A DNA stretch of 64,000 nucleotides from Cyanophora paradoxa CCMP329 (lineage: Eukaryota > Plantae > Glaucophyta), in assembly GCA_004431415.1 (NCBI GenBank), contig QPMI01000165.1, forward strand, positions 186,001 to 250,000, given 5' to 3'. The notes under the pieces were generated by a model. It was not told the DNA's origin, searched no databases, and was given only the letters and a program-made list of their open reading frames with translations. Positions 50,363 through 61,184 of the stretch are shown piece after piece; within the stretch, counting starts at the first letter, position 1; the number at the start of each line of letters is the position of its first letter. Position numbers and translations under genes: made by a program.

Positions 50363-50492
50363 CGGACCACTCGCCCCCCTGCACACCAACTGCACGGATA
50401 ATACGCCCGCCCGCACGGCCGCGGTCGTCCAGTGTACTGGGATAACCATGTACCCCGCCCACAGCGACGTCCACAGCACTGGGCGCCCGTCC

Positions 50493-50577
50493 CCATCTGC
50501 ATGCCCACCACGCCGGACGTCAGGCGGGGTGCGGGCGTGGCCCCGCCTGACGTCCGGCGTGGTGGGCATGCAGATGG
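50493..50577. repeat. Perfect hairpin with 37-bp arms and 11-nt loop
   Basis: 50493-50529 is the exact reverse complement of 50541-50577. Confidence 0.95.
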
Positions 50578-52291
50578 TCCGGCGACGTCCGGCATAGGTC
50601 CTGCTGCTGCTGCCCCTTTAGCCCCCCCTCCTCCTCCTCCGCCGCCACCAGGTGGTGGCCCGCCGGGCGGCGGCCCAGGTGGTGACCCGCCGGGCGGGCC
50701 CGCCTTCCGCCCAGGTGCTCCTCCCCCACCCCCATCCCCACCCGATGCGGGCGGTGCGGAGGGCGTGGCTGCGGTGCTCGAACAAGTAGGAGCCGGCGGA
50801 CCTCGCCGGCGTGCTCCGGCTCCAGCTCGATCCGGTTGATGACGCCGGCCACGACGAGCGAGACGGCCGCCGCCACGCCGGGGCGCTCAGTGAAGACGAC
50901 GGGATCTCGCGTTGCCATGCCGCGATGGGCAGCTGTTGGAAAGACAAAAAAAAACACCCGAACCGGGGTACCGCGCCGTCTTGCCTCGGACCGTCCGACA
51001 CATGCAGCCGCATCAGCGCCGCCGCCTCCGCCTCCGGCGCCAGCTCGAGCTGGAGCTCGCCGGCGCCGCCGCGCGCTACAGGGAGATGGAGAGCGCGTGG
51101 CTCGGCGAGCTGCAGCGCCTCGTGACGGGCTCGGCGGACTTCCCCTCCTCCTTCGTCCTGGTGCGGAACAGGAGCACCGGGGCCATCAAGATCGGCACGG
51201 GGGCGCAGATCTACTGCCTGGAGATCCTGGCGTGGATCAGGAGGCACTGGGCCGAGCTGGGCGCGCGCTTCCGGGCCGTCGCCGGCGAGGACCTGCCGGC
51301 GGCGCCGGACGACAACATGGTCTGCAACATCCTCGTCGACATCACGGAGAACGCGCAGTTGGCGCTGGGGTACGAGGGGGGCGGCAGCTAGAAAATTATC
51401 TTAGGGGCATGGTGTATGTACTATACATCAGCCCATGAACAAGGCGGCTGCGGCTGTGGCGGTGGCCCTCGTCGTGGCCGTGGCCATCGCGATCGGCGAG
51501 GCAGCGTCGGGGAAGGCTCGCCCCATTGGGACATCGTCATGCAACTCCGGAACAGGCCGTTTCTATTCACACGATTCACCAGCACAGGCAGGCCGGAACC
51601 GGACCTGATTCTTAAAGAAATCACCTTCGCCCTTCAGCGCACTCTAAAGAGCGAAGGTGGGTTCGCCGCGATCAGAAACCAGAGTGTGCTGGAGTACCTG
51701 CACGGAAGGTTCATGCGCGGCGAGCTCGTGCGCTCCAGCAACATGCGTGGCGGCGGGGGGCACCGGCGCTGGTGAAATCGGCTGCGGCTCCTCTATCACG
51801 TACACGCGGGCGGCCCGCGCGCTGCCGCGGCAGAACGCCGGGGCCGGCGGGCGCCAGCTGCAGCTGGGGTCCAGCGCCGGCTTCCGGATGAACCGCTCGA
51901 GGTCCGACCGCGTGAGGCCCTCCACGAGCTGCCCGTACAGCTCGAGCAGCTTCGGGGCCATGCGCGCGCTGTCGAAGGGGCCCGCGCCGACGAACGCATC
52001 CGCCTCCGCGCCGTTGCCCAGCAGCACGCCCGCGGCGAAGGACTCGGCCGAGCGGCCGCGCGCCCACATGACCGCCGCCGCGAGCACGCCGCGCACTGCC
52101 TGCTCCGTCATCGGCTGCTGGGGCACCGGCGCCGGCGCCGGAGCGCGGCCGGCCGGCATCATGCGCGCGCGGGTTGGGTGTTCCATCGACCCCGCACGCA
52201 CTGCGCAGGTCCGTCCGGGAGTGGAGGGGGGGGGGGGGGGGGGGACGGTCGGGGGTACGCAATCTCACGCGCCGGCCTCCCTCCACTCGGC

Positions 52292-52375
52292 GGTGGCCCC
52301 CGGCTACCGCTACCGGCCCCGCTGCAACCTCACGGCCCTCTACGAGTTCCAGCCGAGCGACCCGGCCTGCACGGG
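52292..52375 (+). pseudogene. Continuation of the A16/G9-like protein
   Basis: Pointer GGTGGCC; SCIQV|APGYRYRPRCNL. Confidence 0.65.
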
Positions 52376-52755
52376 CGGCGACCCGGCCCTCATCGACGAG
52401 ATCGCGCGCACGCACGGCAAAGCCTCGTTCTTCTCCGATGCCGTGGAGGAGATGCGCAACTCCGGCGCCGCCCCGCGGCCGTCCGCGGCGGCGGCGGCCG
52501 CTGCCGCCGCGGGCGGCGCCGATGCCGCCCCCATCCCCGCCGGCGGCGGCATCTGCATGCTCCCCAACACGCCTGCCGTCGCCCAGGCGGCCATACGCGT
52601 CTTCAAGCTCCGGGAGGAGACGGAGGCCGCCCGCGCCAGGCACGCGGAGGCCGACGCGCAGGCGGCCGAGGCCGTCCGGCAGCACGAGCTCGCGGAGGCG
52701 GCGGCGCACCGGGAGGCCGCCGAGGCGAATCGCCGGGGCAAAGAGGAGATTGCCC
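52370..52755 (+). pseudogene. Bro-family protein internal segment
   Basis: GGDPALIDEI motif followed by coiled coil. Confidence 0.5.
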
Positions 52756-53175
52756 GAGCTCCTCTTCGTGCGGGAGAGGGCGCTCCTCCCGGGGACGCAG
52801 CGGGCGCTGGAGGCGCAGCGCGAGTCGCTCGAGGAGCGGGCCCGGCTGAAGGAGGCCATCATCGAGTCGGTGCGGCTGGAGCAGGCGGCCCTCCGCACCG
52901 AGGCCCGGGCCGTCGGCCTGGCGACCACGTCCGAGGAATACAAGGGGCTCATCGCGCGGGCGCGGGATCTGATGGCCCAGGCCGACCAGGTGAAGAAGGA
53001 GGGGAACGACGCGATTGGCATCGTCGCAGCGGCTGGTGGCGGCGGGGTGCGCGGCATCATCGCCCAGGCGGCGGCGGTGGCGACCTCCTCGGCTGCCGCC
53101 CGCTTCCCATGCCCCGGGCAGGACTGCCGTGGGTTCATGGGCCGCCGCCTCCGCGGCGTGCGCAAGTGCGGGGCC
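52755..53175 (+). pseudogene. RBR E3 ligase, pre-IBR segment
   Basis: ELLFVRERALLPGTQ...FPCPGQDCRGFM...KCG. Confidence 0.75.
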
Positions 53176-53376
53176 GCCGCGGAGGTGGAGGAGATGGAGA
53201 TATTGTTCATCGTTGCGTTTGCGGGCTAGCGCTGCAGCTGGCTCTTACAGGTTGGGGGCGGGAAAAGATGAATCAGAGGAGGCGGAAGACAGGGACGAGT
53301 TTCCAGTACGTCGGGCCGAGGTCAGGGCGGTAGCGCGATCGGACCCGGTAAGGGAAGCGGAAGCTCGCAATGCGCA

Positions 53377-54000
53377 TCAGGCGCACAGGCAGTCCGTGCT
53401 GTTGCCGCGGACGACGATGACCACCGGGGCCTCCGCCCCGCCGCGGCCGGCGGCCGGCGCCGTGCAGAGGATGCCCATGGGCCGCGGGCGCCCGTCGTCG
53501 CGAGGGCCCGCAGCTTGAGCTCCTGCACCGCGCACCACGCCTCCCACGTCCAGGGCCGGGCCTCCGGCGGGGAGGCCGTCGGCGGCGAGCGGCAGGACCA
53601 CGTGGGCGAGGTGCCAGATGCTAGACCCGGAGCCCCCGCCGGAGATGGGGAACTCGGGGCGGGTGAAGTTGATGCGGTAGACCGGGGGGCCCGGGCCTCG
53701 ACGTGGACGCCCCACATCAGGTTCGCGTGGGCGGCGCCCAGCGCCCTCACGGGCGCGGGGCGGGGCACCTGCGCCGGCCTGTCAGCCGCTGCCGGCCAGC
53801 AGCGGAACCGGTGCGCTGCCCCTTACCTGCAGCAGCAGCAGCGAGACCTCCCTGCGCACCGCGGCGAGCACGCACCCCTCGAGGGCGGCGCGCGCGGCGC
53901 GGCACGTTCGGGCGAACCGCGCCACGTCGGCGGACGAGAGCGGCGGCGCCCCGGCCGGCGCCGCGATGGCGCGCAGGAGCTCGGCCGGCAGCAGCTCCAT
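53377..54000 (-). CDS. F-box protein with a 58-nt intron (53769-53826) and a homopolymer frameshift near 53686
   Basis: MELLPAELLRAI...FARTCR; CAG|GTAAG donor, GCTGAC branch site, GCAG acceptor. Confidence 0.7.
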
Positions 54001-54076
54001 TGCAAGGTCGATACCCGTACCCCGCCCGCCTGGACCGTCCGACCGGTCGTTCTAGCTAGATGACACCGCTGGCACT

Positions 54077-54109
<33 letters not shown>

Positions 54110-54670
54110 TGCGTCGGCTCGTCCCGTCCGTCTGACGGCCGGCGGGGGCGGGGGCGGCCGGCGGCCGGCGGCGTACTGCCGTAGGCGGCGTTCGCGGCCG
54201 TTGTGACCGCGGCGATGACAGCCGCGGTCAGGGTCTCTGGCTGGTGGCGGGACCGGCCGGGTCTGGCGGGACCGGCCGGCGGGCGGGATGCTCGCTGCGA
54301 AGGAGGTGCGTGTCGGGTTGTCGGCGTCGAGGTGCACCAGCAGGGGTGGGAAGGAGAGCTCGGGTCTCCCAGGGACAACCGATTTGGAGCCGTATACGTC
54401 GACCTCCTCCTGCCACATCCGGTGGTGCGTTTGCCAGGACATGAGAAATGTCCGCGTGGGGCACAAGAAGTTCCGTTCCAGCCTTTTTGCGTGAGGCGGC
54501 CCTAGGGCCCGATGCTTGTCCCCGCCCCGCCTGTTTCTGGCTGATTTGTTGCAATCGAAGCAAATCGGACGCGCCCCAAAAATCTCATGCACATGCGGCC
54601 CCCCTCGCGATTTTTTTCTCTGCACTAGTGTGCAACCCATATATAGGCCCGCGCTCGCCTGTCCCTCACT

Positions 54671-55010
54671 ATGTCCGGTGGTTCGTTGACCCATCTCGCC
54701 GCCGTCGGCGCCCCCGATGCGTACCTTTTCGGTGCGCCGGCGGTCACCTTCTACAAGGGCGTGTACCAGCAGCACACCAACTTCGCCATGGAGTTCATGG
54801 AGACGACCTTCAACTCGGCCAACTACGGCCACAGCGTTACCGCCGAGATCATCCGCACCGGCGACCTCCTCTCGAGCATGTACCTCGTCCTGAAGATCCG
54901 CCCGCTCCTCAACGGAAGCAACACGGGCAGCGTCTTCTTCGTCGACAAGCTCGGGTACGCCATCATCAACAAGATCGAGCTCTCCATCGGTGGCACCCTC
55001 ATCGACACCA
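54671..55010 (+). pseudogene. MCP: NCLDV major capsid protein, N-terminal segment
   Basis: LAAVGAPDAYLFGAPAVTFYKGVYQQHTNFAME...RTGDLL...IELSIGGTLID. Confidence 0.95.
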
Positions 55011-55922
55011 TCCTGCCGGTGTTTGCAGCACCGAACACCACCGATGCGACGTCCAGCATCGTGCCGACCTGCTCGGCAGTCGCGCGGCCCGCGTCGAGCT
55101 CGCGCCGCAGCAGGGCCGGCCACGCTGCGGCCGCCGCCTCTTCCTCCTTGGCGGCGGCGCAACCGGTGAACCATGCAAAGGGAAGGCAGCTCGCGACGGC
55201 CTGCGCATGCGCTTGAAGTCGCCGATCATGCCGAGGAACTTGCGAGCCACGCGCACCGCCCCCTCGATGCTCTTGTGCGTGCCGAGGTTCGCCTTGCCAC
55301 ACTCGATGTTGTCGAAGCGCACCAGGTAGCGGCACGGGCCCCCGGGCTTCCTCGCGGGCACGCGGTACACGTAGGGCGGCAGGTTGCGGCCGGCGGCCGG
55401 CGCGGGGAGCTGCAGCGGGGAGGCAGCGGCCTCCTCCTCGTCCTCCTCCTCCTCCTCGTACTCCTCGGTGCCTTCGCAACAGCGGCGCGAGAGCTCACGG
55501 GCGCGGTGCGCGCGGCGCTCCCGGTCAACGCACGCTGGCACCGCAACGACCGGCTGGCCTTCTACGACATCTGCATCCTGCGCACCGTTGCGCCGACGGC
55601 GCAATCGCTCCTTGCCGGCCTCCGGGGCGGTCCGGCCGGCGCGCCGCTCGTCGAGGCGCTCTCTCGCATTTTGGCGGGAAACCGACGGACCGTCGAGAAC
55701 CTCGCGACCGTCCTCGCCAAGGGCTTCATGTCCTCGTACAAGATGAGGATGGCGGCAGGCGAGCGGCCGGAGGCGCGGGCGGGCCGCCTGCTGCTCGACC
55801 TGGCGGCCCACATGACTTCCCACGCCGGCAGCGACGCCCAGGTGCGTGCCGCGGCGTGTCGCATGATGCAAGGCTGAAAACTGCCCGCGCGCAGGTGCGC
55901 CCCGCGGCCGCCGGATAGCAAC

Positions 55923-56359
55923 ATGGCGTGTCACATGATGCGCGCGCCGCAGATCATCATCGCCGAGGGCGGGGTTGGGCGCGCCGCGCGCGTGCTCGGC
56001 ATGCACATGGCGATCCTCGGGCTGGTCGACCCCGCAGACCCCCTCGTCGACTTTGACATGTGGGTGGCGCTCCGAGGCGACCTCCGCCCGCCGCCGGCCG
56101 CTTCGGATCTGGCGGCGGCGCTGGCGGCGGCGGCCCGGGGCCCGCGGGGCGGATGCCGCGGCCCGCCCCGCCCTCGCACGTGCCCGTCGTCGGGCAGCCC
56201 GCGGGACCGCCGCCACCGCCGCCCCTCCCATCGTGGCCCGGCGACCTCGTCGCCGCCCTGCTGGTCGGCCTCGTGCCGGCGTGGGGCGCCGCCCCGAGCG
56301 GCCTCCCCGACCCCGACCAGGAGGCGCGGGCCCTGCTGGCGGCGCGGGGGCTGCGGCTG
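55923..56359 (+). pseudogene. Segment 1 (5' end) of the seven-piece gene
   Basis: ATG at 55923 (or 56153); ends ARGLRL; pointer CGGCTG at 56354-56359. Confidence 0.6.
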
Positions 56360-56608
56360 CGGGAAGCCGCCGCACGGGACGTCCCCCCGCGCCCGGTCCA
56401 GGCCGCCGTTGCGCCGGTACCAGTCGTAGTAGTGGGGGTTGTGCACGACGCCCTGCTCGACCCTCCCCGTCTTCCACGAGAAGGCCGTGTGGCAGGCCGT
56501 GCACCACATCTGGTCGCAGCCGCTGATCTTGAAGATGAGGGCGCGGCACGAGGGGCAGGACTTGCAGTCCCGCAGCATGGTGGAGACGGAGGCGGCGACG
56601 TCCGGGTC
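56359..56608 (-). pseudogene. RBR E3 ligase, RING2 segment
   Basis: KSCPSCRALIFKISGCDQMWCTACHTAFSW...HNPHYY...DVPCGGFP. Confidence 0.9.
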
Positions 56609-56794
56609 ATCCCGAAGCGCCCAATCTATGTCTACTCCTTCGCCCTCGACCCCGAGGACTGGCGCCCGACGGGGACCCTCAACTTCAGCCGCATCAACGA
56701 GGCGCTGCTCAAGTTCAACATGCCCGTGGGCGACAACGGAGAGCCCGCCACGCCTGCCGGCGAGATCTTCATCTTCGCCCGCTACGTCAACATC
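56605..56794 (+). pseudogene. MCP: NCLDV major capsid protein, near-C-terminal segment
   Basis: IYVYSFALDPEDWRPTGTLNFSRI. Confidence 0.92.
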
Positions 56795-58082
56795 GGCGCC
56801 GTGCTGAGCTCCAAGGCCGAGCCCAACGTCGTGCTGGACTCTGGCGTTCTGCGCGCGGGCCTGGAGCGCATGGGGGTCGACGCGGTGGACTCGGCCCTCC
56901 AGGAGCTGGAGCGCGCGGGGAGGGCGGACCGCCTGGCGCCCGCGTCCGAGTTCCGGCGCCTGCTGGACCGCTGGCTGACGGCGCAGACGAACGACGAGTG
57001 CTTCGACGTCCTCGCGGACCCGATCGGCCGACGGGTACCCGCCTTCTTCGACGATCGCCGGCAGCAGCCGCGCACGCGCGTGCTCGCCGAGTGGCTGAGG
57101 GTGCTGCAGGGTCGCGGTACGTCTGCAGCCGTGCGGGGGTCATGAGGATGCAGCAGCAGCAGGCGGCCGCCCGCGCGGCAGGGCACTGGCACCATGGCCA
57201 CCAGTTCAACTATTGACACACACACACACACACACTAGGCGAGGGAGGGCGGGTCCACGCGGCGGCGGCGGTGGCGCCGCACCGCGGTCGCTTCCGCCTC
57301 CGCCGCCGCCGCCGCCGCCGCCGGTCTCCTCTCGAACCGGCGGGCGGCCGGTCCGCAGCGGCCCACGCCCGCCGCGTCGCCGGGTCGGCGGCGCTCGGCG
57401 CTTCGTAGCGCTCGAAGGAGCCCGACGAGACGCTGCTGCTCACGTCGTCGTCGCTGTCGTCGCAGGCGCCGGCGGCGCCACTGTCGGCGCTCCGGCGGGC
57501 GGCGCGGCGGGTGCGGCGCTGGCGCGCGCGTGCGCGCTCGCGCTCCAGGGCGGCCCGTCCTGGCACGGTCCCGATCGGCCGTGCAGGCGGGTAGGCAGGG
57601 AGCGGGCGGGTCTGGCTGCTGACGATCTTCAGCCGCCCGAGGGCCTCCAGCTCGGCGTGCGCGTCCGAGTCGGTCTCTGTATCGTCATCCTCGACGTCGT
57701 GCGGCGCCGCCGCCGCCGCCGGCAGGGGCAGCGCCATTTGCGGACGGACGGACGGGGGTCCGTGTCGGTGTACCCCTTCCCCACCTCCTCCCCGCCGCTC
57801 CCGGCCGCGCTCCCTGCCGGCCCGGGCTCGGATGAGGGCACAATGGACGCCTCGGACAACTAGGGCGGCCGCCAACCACACCCTCACCCCCGCCCCCGGC
57901 TGGGGCGGAGGCGGGTCCCTCCATTCGTCCGGGCGGTCGGCGATGAATACAACCCGACCCCCCGCTTCCCGCCTCGCGCGGAAGACCGTTTCGTGCATTA
58001 TTGTTCATTCTGTGATAAAAACAGACCCGCGCCCGCGCCCCTGCGAGCTTTTTCGCACACACACACACGTAATTATCGCACC

Positions 58083-58200
58083 ATGCCGACCACCGAGGTC
58101 TGGTTCTCCGGGCTCCCCGAGGGGCGCGTCACCGTCCTCAGCTTTGACGTCGGCATTCGCAACCTCGCGTACGCGCTGGTGTCCCGCGAGCCGGATGAGA
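58083..58200 (+). pseudogene. RuvC/poxvirus A22-like Holliday junction resolvase, 5' segment
   Basis: VLSFDVGIRNLAYAL. Confidence 0.8.
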
Positions 58201-60088
58201 TTCGGCCCAGGCGGGGCGCCAGCGCCAAAGGTAGTCGACTGCCCTCTGGAGCTCGTCTTCCGTGAACATCCCCCGGAAGTCCCCAAGAACTTGCTCGATT
58301 GAGGGGAATGGTTGGCCATGGTAATCGTTTTCTATCCAGACGGCGAGCTGCTCGACGAAGTCCGGCCTGTCTCGCATGGATGCATGGGCAATGCGTGGTT
58401 TCTCCCCGACCAAGAATTCCCCTCTCTTGTCCAGTTCCCGGATGGCCTGCCTGATCGCGGCCCAGTTCCCCAACAATGTGGGCCAATCACTGCCGGTCGC
58501 CGACACCGGTTCTGCAGCTGCCTGGGCCATCAGCTTCCTCGCAAGGCCGCCCAAGTCTAGGCTGTCTGGATCGTACTTCTTAAGCTTAAGCTTGGGAGGG
58601 GGGGCCGGGGTTTTTCCGCGCAACGTCCAAGGCAAATTGAACGTTCTGTAGTGCCGTCGCGTCCGTCATGGGGCATGGCCAGGGGGTTGCTGCCATCGAC
58701 GTAGACGGGCCGGCCGGCCCTCCGGGACAGGACGGGGTGGAACAGGCTATTTGACCTGAGGGGGACGCTGAAAAAGAGCACTGTGTTGCCGGCCTCGAAA
58801 TCGGGCCGGGGCGGGCGGGGGCCAGGGGGCTCATTTTCCGGCTCGAGCACGTAAAAGCACTGCAGGCGGCCGAAGTAGGGCTCGCCCCCGAACGGCCCGG
58901 GCGCGGCGGAGGAGCAGCGGCCCAGCGGCGGCCCGCCCCCGCCGGCGGCCGAGCGCCCCAGCCGGCGGACTCGGAGCTCGGTCGCCGCATCCATCGCCGA
59001 GCTGGAGGCGGCTCGTGTCGCGCCGGACGCAATGCGGTCGACGGGGCCGCACCCGGTAGGGCGGCTCCACGTCCTGGATGTGCTATCTCACGGCCGGCCT
59101 TTCCCGGCAGAGGAGCTGGTGGGGGGGGTACCCCCCATTGTAAAACAAATAATGACCGACGCGTCCGGGCTGCCATCGCTTCCGGCGGACAGGGGGCTCT
59201 AGGCCGCCGGCGCCGGCGTGGCGCTTTCCGAGCCGCCGGCCGCCGCCTCCATCGCAGCCCTGATGCGCGCCACGTCGGCCATCGTCAGGACCTCCGTCGC
59301 GGGATAGAGGGGGTGCGCGTGCGGGCGGCCCCGCCCCGACGCGAGCCCCCTCGACGCGTGCTCGAGCCGCAGGCAGTCGCGGAAGCGCCCCCGGACGCGC
59401 ACGCCCTCGAGCGGGACGGCGAAGAAGAGCTCGTCGAGGGGCAGCTCGTCCAGGTCCGGGCCATGCAGCAGCAAGAACGCGAGTCGTCTGTCGGCGCCCC
59501 GCGGAGGGGGCCCGGGGCGGGCGGCGGGACGGCCAAGGGGTCGGCCGCCGCCGCCGCACCGTTGTCCTCTGGCTCCGAGGACGGCGGCGAGGGCAGTGGC
59601 GAGGAAGGCAGTGGCGCCGGCGAGAAGTAGGCCCAGCCCCTTTGGATGTTTTTTTTCTAGGGTCTCTTATCGCGAGAAGACCGGCCCCGTATATATATAT
59701 ATATATACACCGCACCATGGAATTGATTCCACTCTTCGACGGACAGAGGGCCACGGGCGCGATGGCGATTACGCCGTACGACCGGTACATGAAGGTCCTC
59801 AACAAGGGTGATAGCAGCAAGCACGCCGGCAACGAGATCTCCGAGCTCTCCCCGCACGAGCGCGAGGCCCGCAAAATCGCCCGCGCCGCCCGCGCCGCCG
59901 CCATCGAGGCCGCCAAGCAGGAGCTGGAGACGAAGATGATGATCGAGGAGGCGTCGAAGGCCGCCGAGGCAGTGAAGGCCGCCGGCCGCTCGACAGCCGC
60001 CTGCTCGCTCCGCCGGAAGAAGAAGTCGTCGTCGTCGACGGCGACGGCGACGACGAAGCGGAAGAAGAAGTCCGTGCCGATATCGGCG

Positions 60089-60571
60089 ATGGCCGGGCCC
60101 CCGGCGCCCCCCGTGCCCCGCATCCTCTTCCAGACGTGGAAGACGCGCGAGGTCCCCGAGCGTTGGCGCGATGCGCAGGCCTCGGTCGTTCACGCACACC
60201 CCCACTGGGAGTACCGCCTGCTCACCGATGAGGACAACGACCGGCTGGTGGCCGAGCACTTCCCCGAGTTCCTGGCCCGCTTCCGCGGCTTCCGGTACCC
60301 GATCCAGCGCGCCGACGCGATCCGGTACGTTGTACTGTACGTCTTTGGGGGCGTCTACCTCGACCTCGACTACGTCTGCGTGCGCCCGCTCGACGGCGTC
60401 CTCGAGTCCATGCCGGCGGACCGCTCGGTCGGGCTCCTGGCCAGCGCAAACCCCGGGGCCGTCACCACCAACTCCATGATCGTCGCCCGCCCGGGCTCCC
60501 CCTTCTTCCTCGAGTGCATCCGCCGCATGCAGCGCCCGCGGCCCTTCTGGGCGTGCACGCGCCACGTTGAG
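60089..60571 (+). pseudogene. GT32 DXD glycosyltransferase, 5' segment
   Basis: PRILFQTWK...QRADAIRY...GGVYLDLD. Confidence 0.9.
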
Positions 60572-60698
60572 GGCGAGGTTCAGGAGGAACAGGAGCACGA
60601 CGGGGTCGTGGCGGGCGGGGCGGCCGGCCGGTGCCCGTGCCGCGGCGGCGGCGAGGGCCAGGGCGATCAGCACGTAGAGGATCCCCCACGCGATGGGG
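60566..60698 (-). pseudogene. tspO: TspO/MBR protein, middle segment
   Basis: PIAWGILYVLI...LFLLNLALN. Confidence 0.8.
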
Positions 60699-61184
60699 TC
60701 TTTGACGGCGGCGACGGGAGGCTGCTGGAGGCCCTCGAGGTGGCCACGACGCCGCGCCTCGCCAGCCCCTGGTACCTCCTCTGCCTGCCGGGCTCCTCGC
60801 CCCCCTCGCTCCTCGCCCACGACGGCGCAGGGGGCGTGGCGATCGCCCCCATCGAGGTCGTCTGGGCGCTCGCCGGCGCCGGCCGGGCCAGCATGGAGCC
60901 AGTGCTCGTGGCCAGCATGGAGTCCTACGCCACGGGCAAGGAGCTGCTCACCGTCCAGTCATTCGCCAACTACTTCTCGCGCGCCTACGCCAGCCCGTCG
61001 AACCGCTACGACCCGCGCGGCGACCGGGAGGCGGCGGCCGCCAAGGGGCTCGGGCGCCTGATGATGCGCGCGACGCTGGACGAGTTCGCGGGCGACGGCA
61101 CCGCCGTCCTCGAGTTCGCGTCGGTGGCGGCGGCCGCCGTGCCGCACCTGGAGGCGGCCTACGGGCTCGTCCCCGCTTTCAGGG

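Noticed and set aside
37821-56791. CAAC join of the DUF5760-like gene to 56788
   Set aside because: Only 4 bp, and the downstream sequence does not clearly fit the family.
11616-60700. Alternative GGTC join of 11619 to 60697
   Set aside because: It is in frame, but the 60697 segment aligns as a paralogue of the later part of 21589-20963, so the 21589 join is preferred. Not fully excluded.
47639-60882. 11-bp match GCCGGCGCCGG
   Set aside because: Low-complexity palindromic sequence and out of frame.
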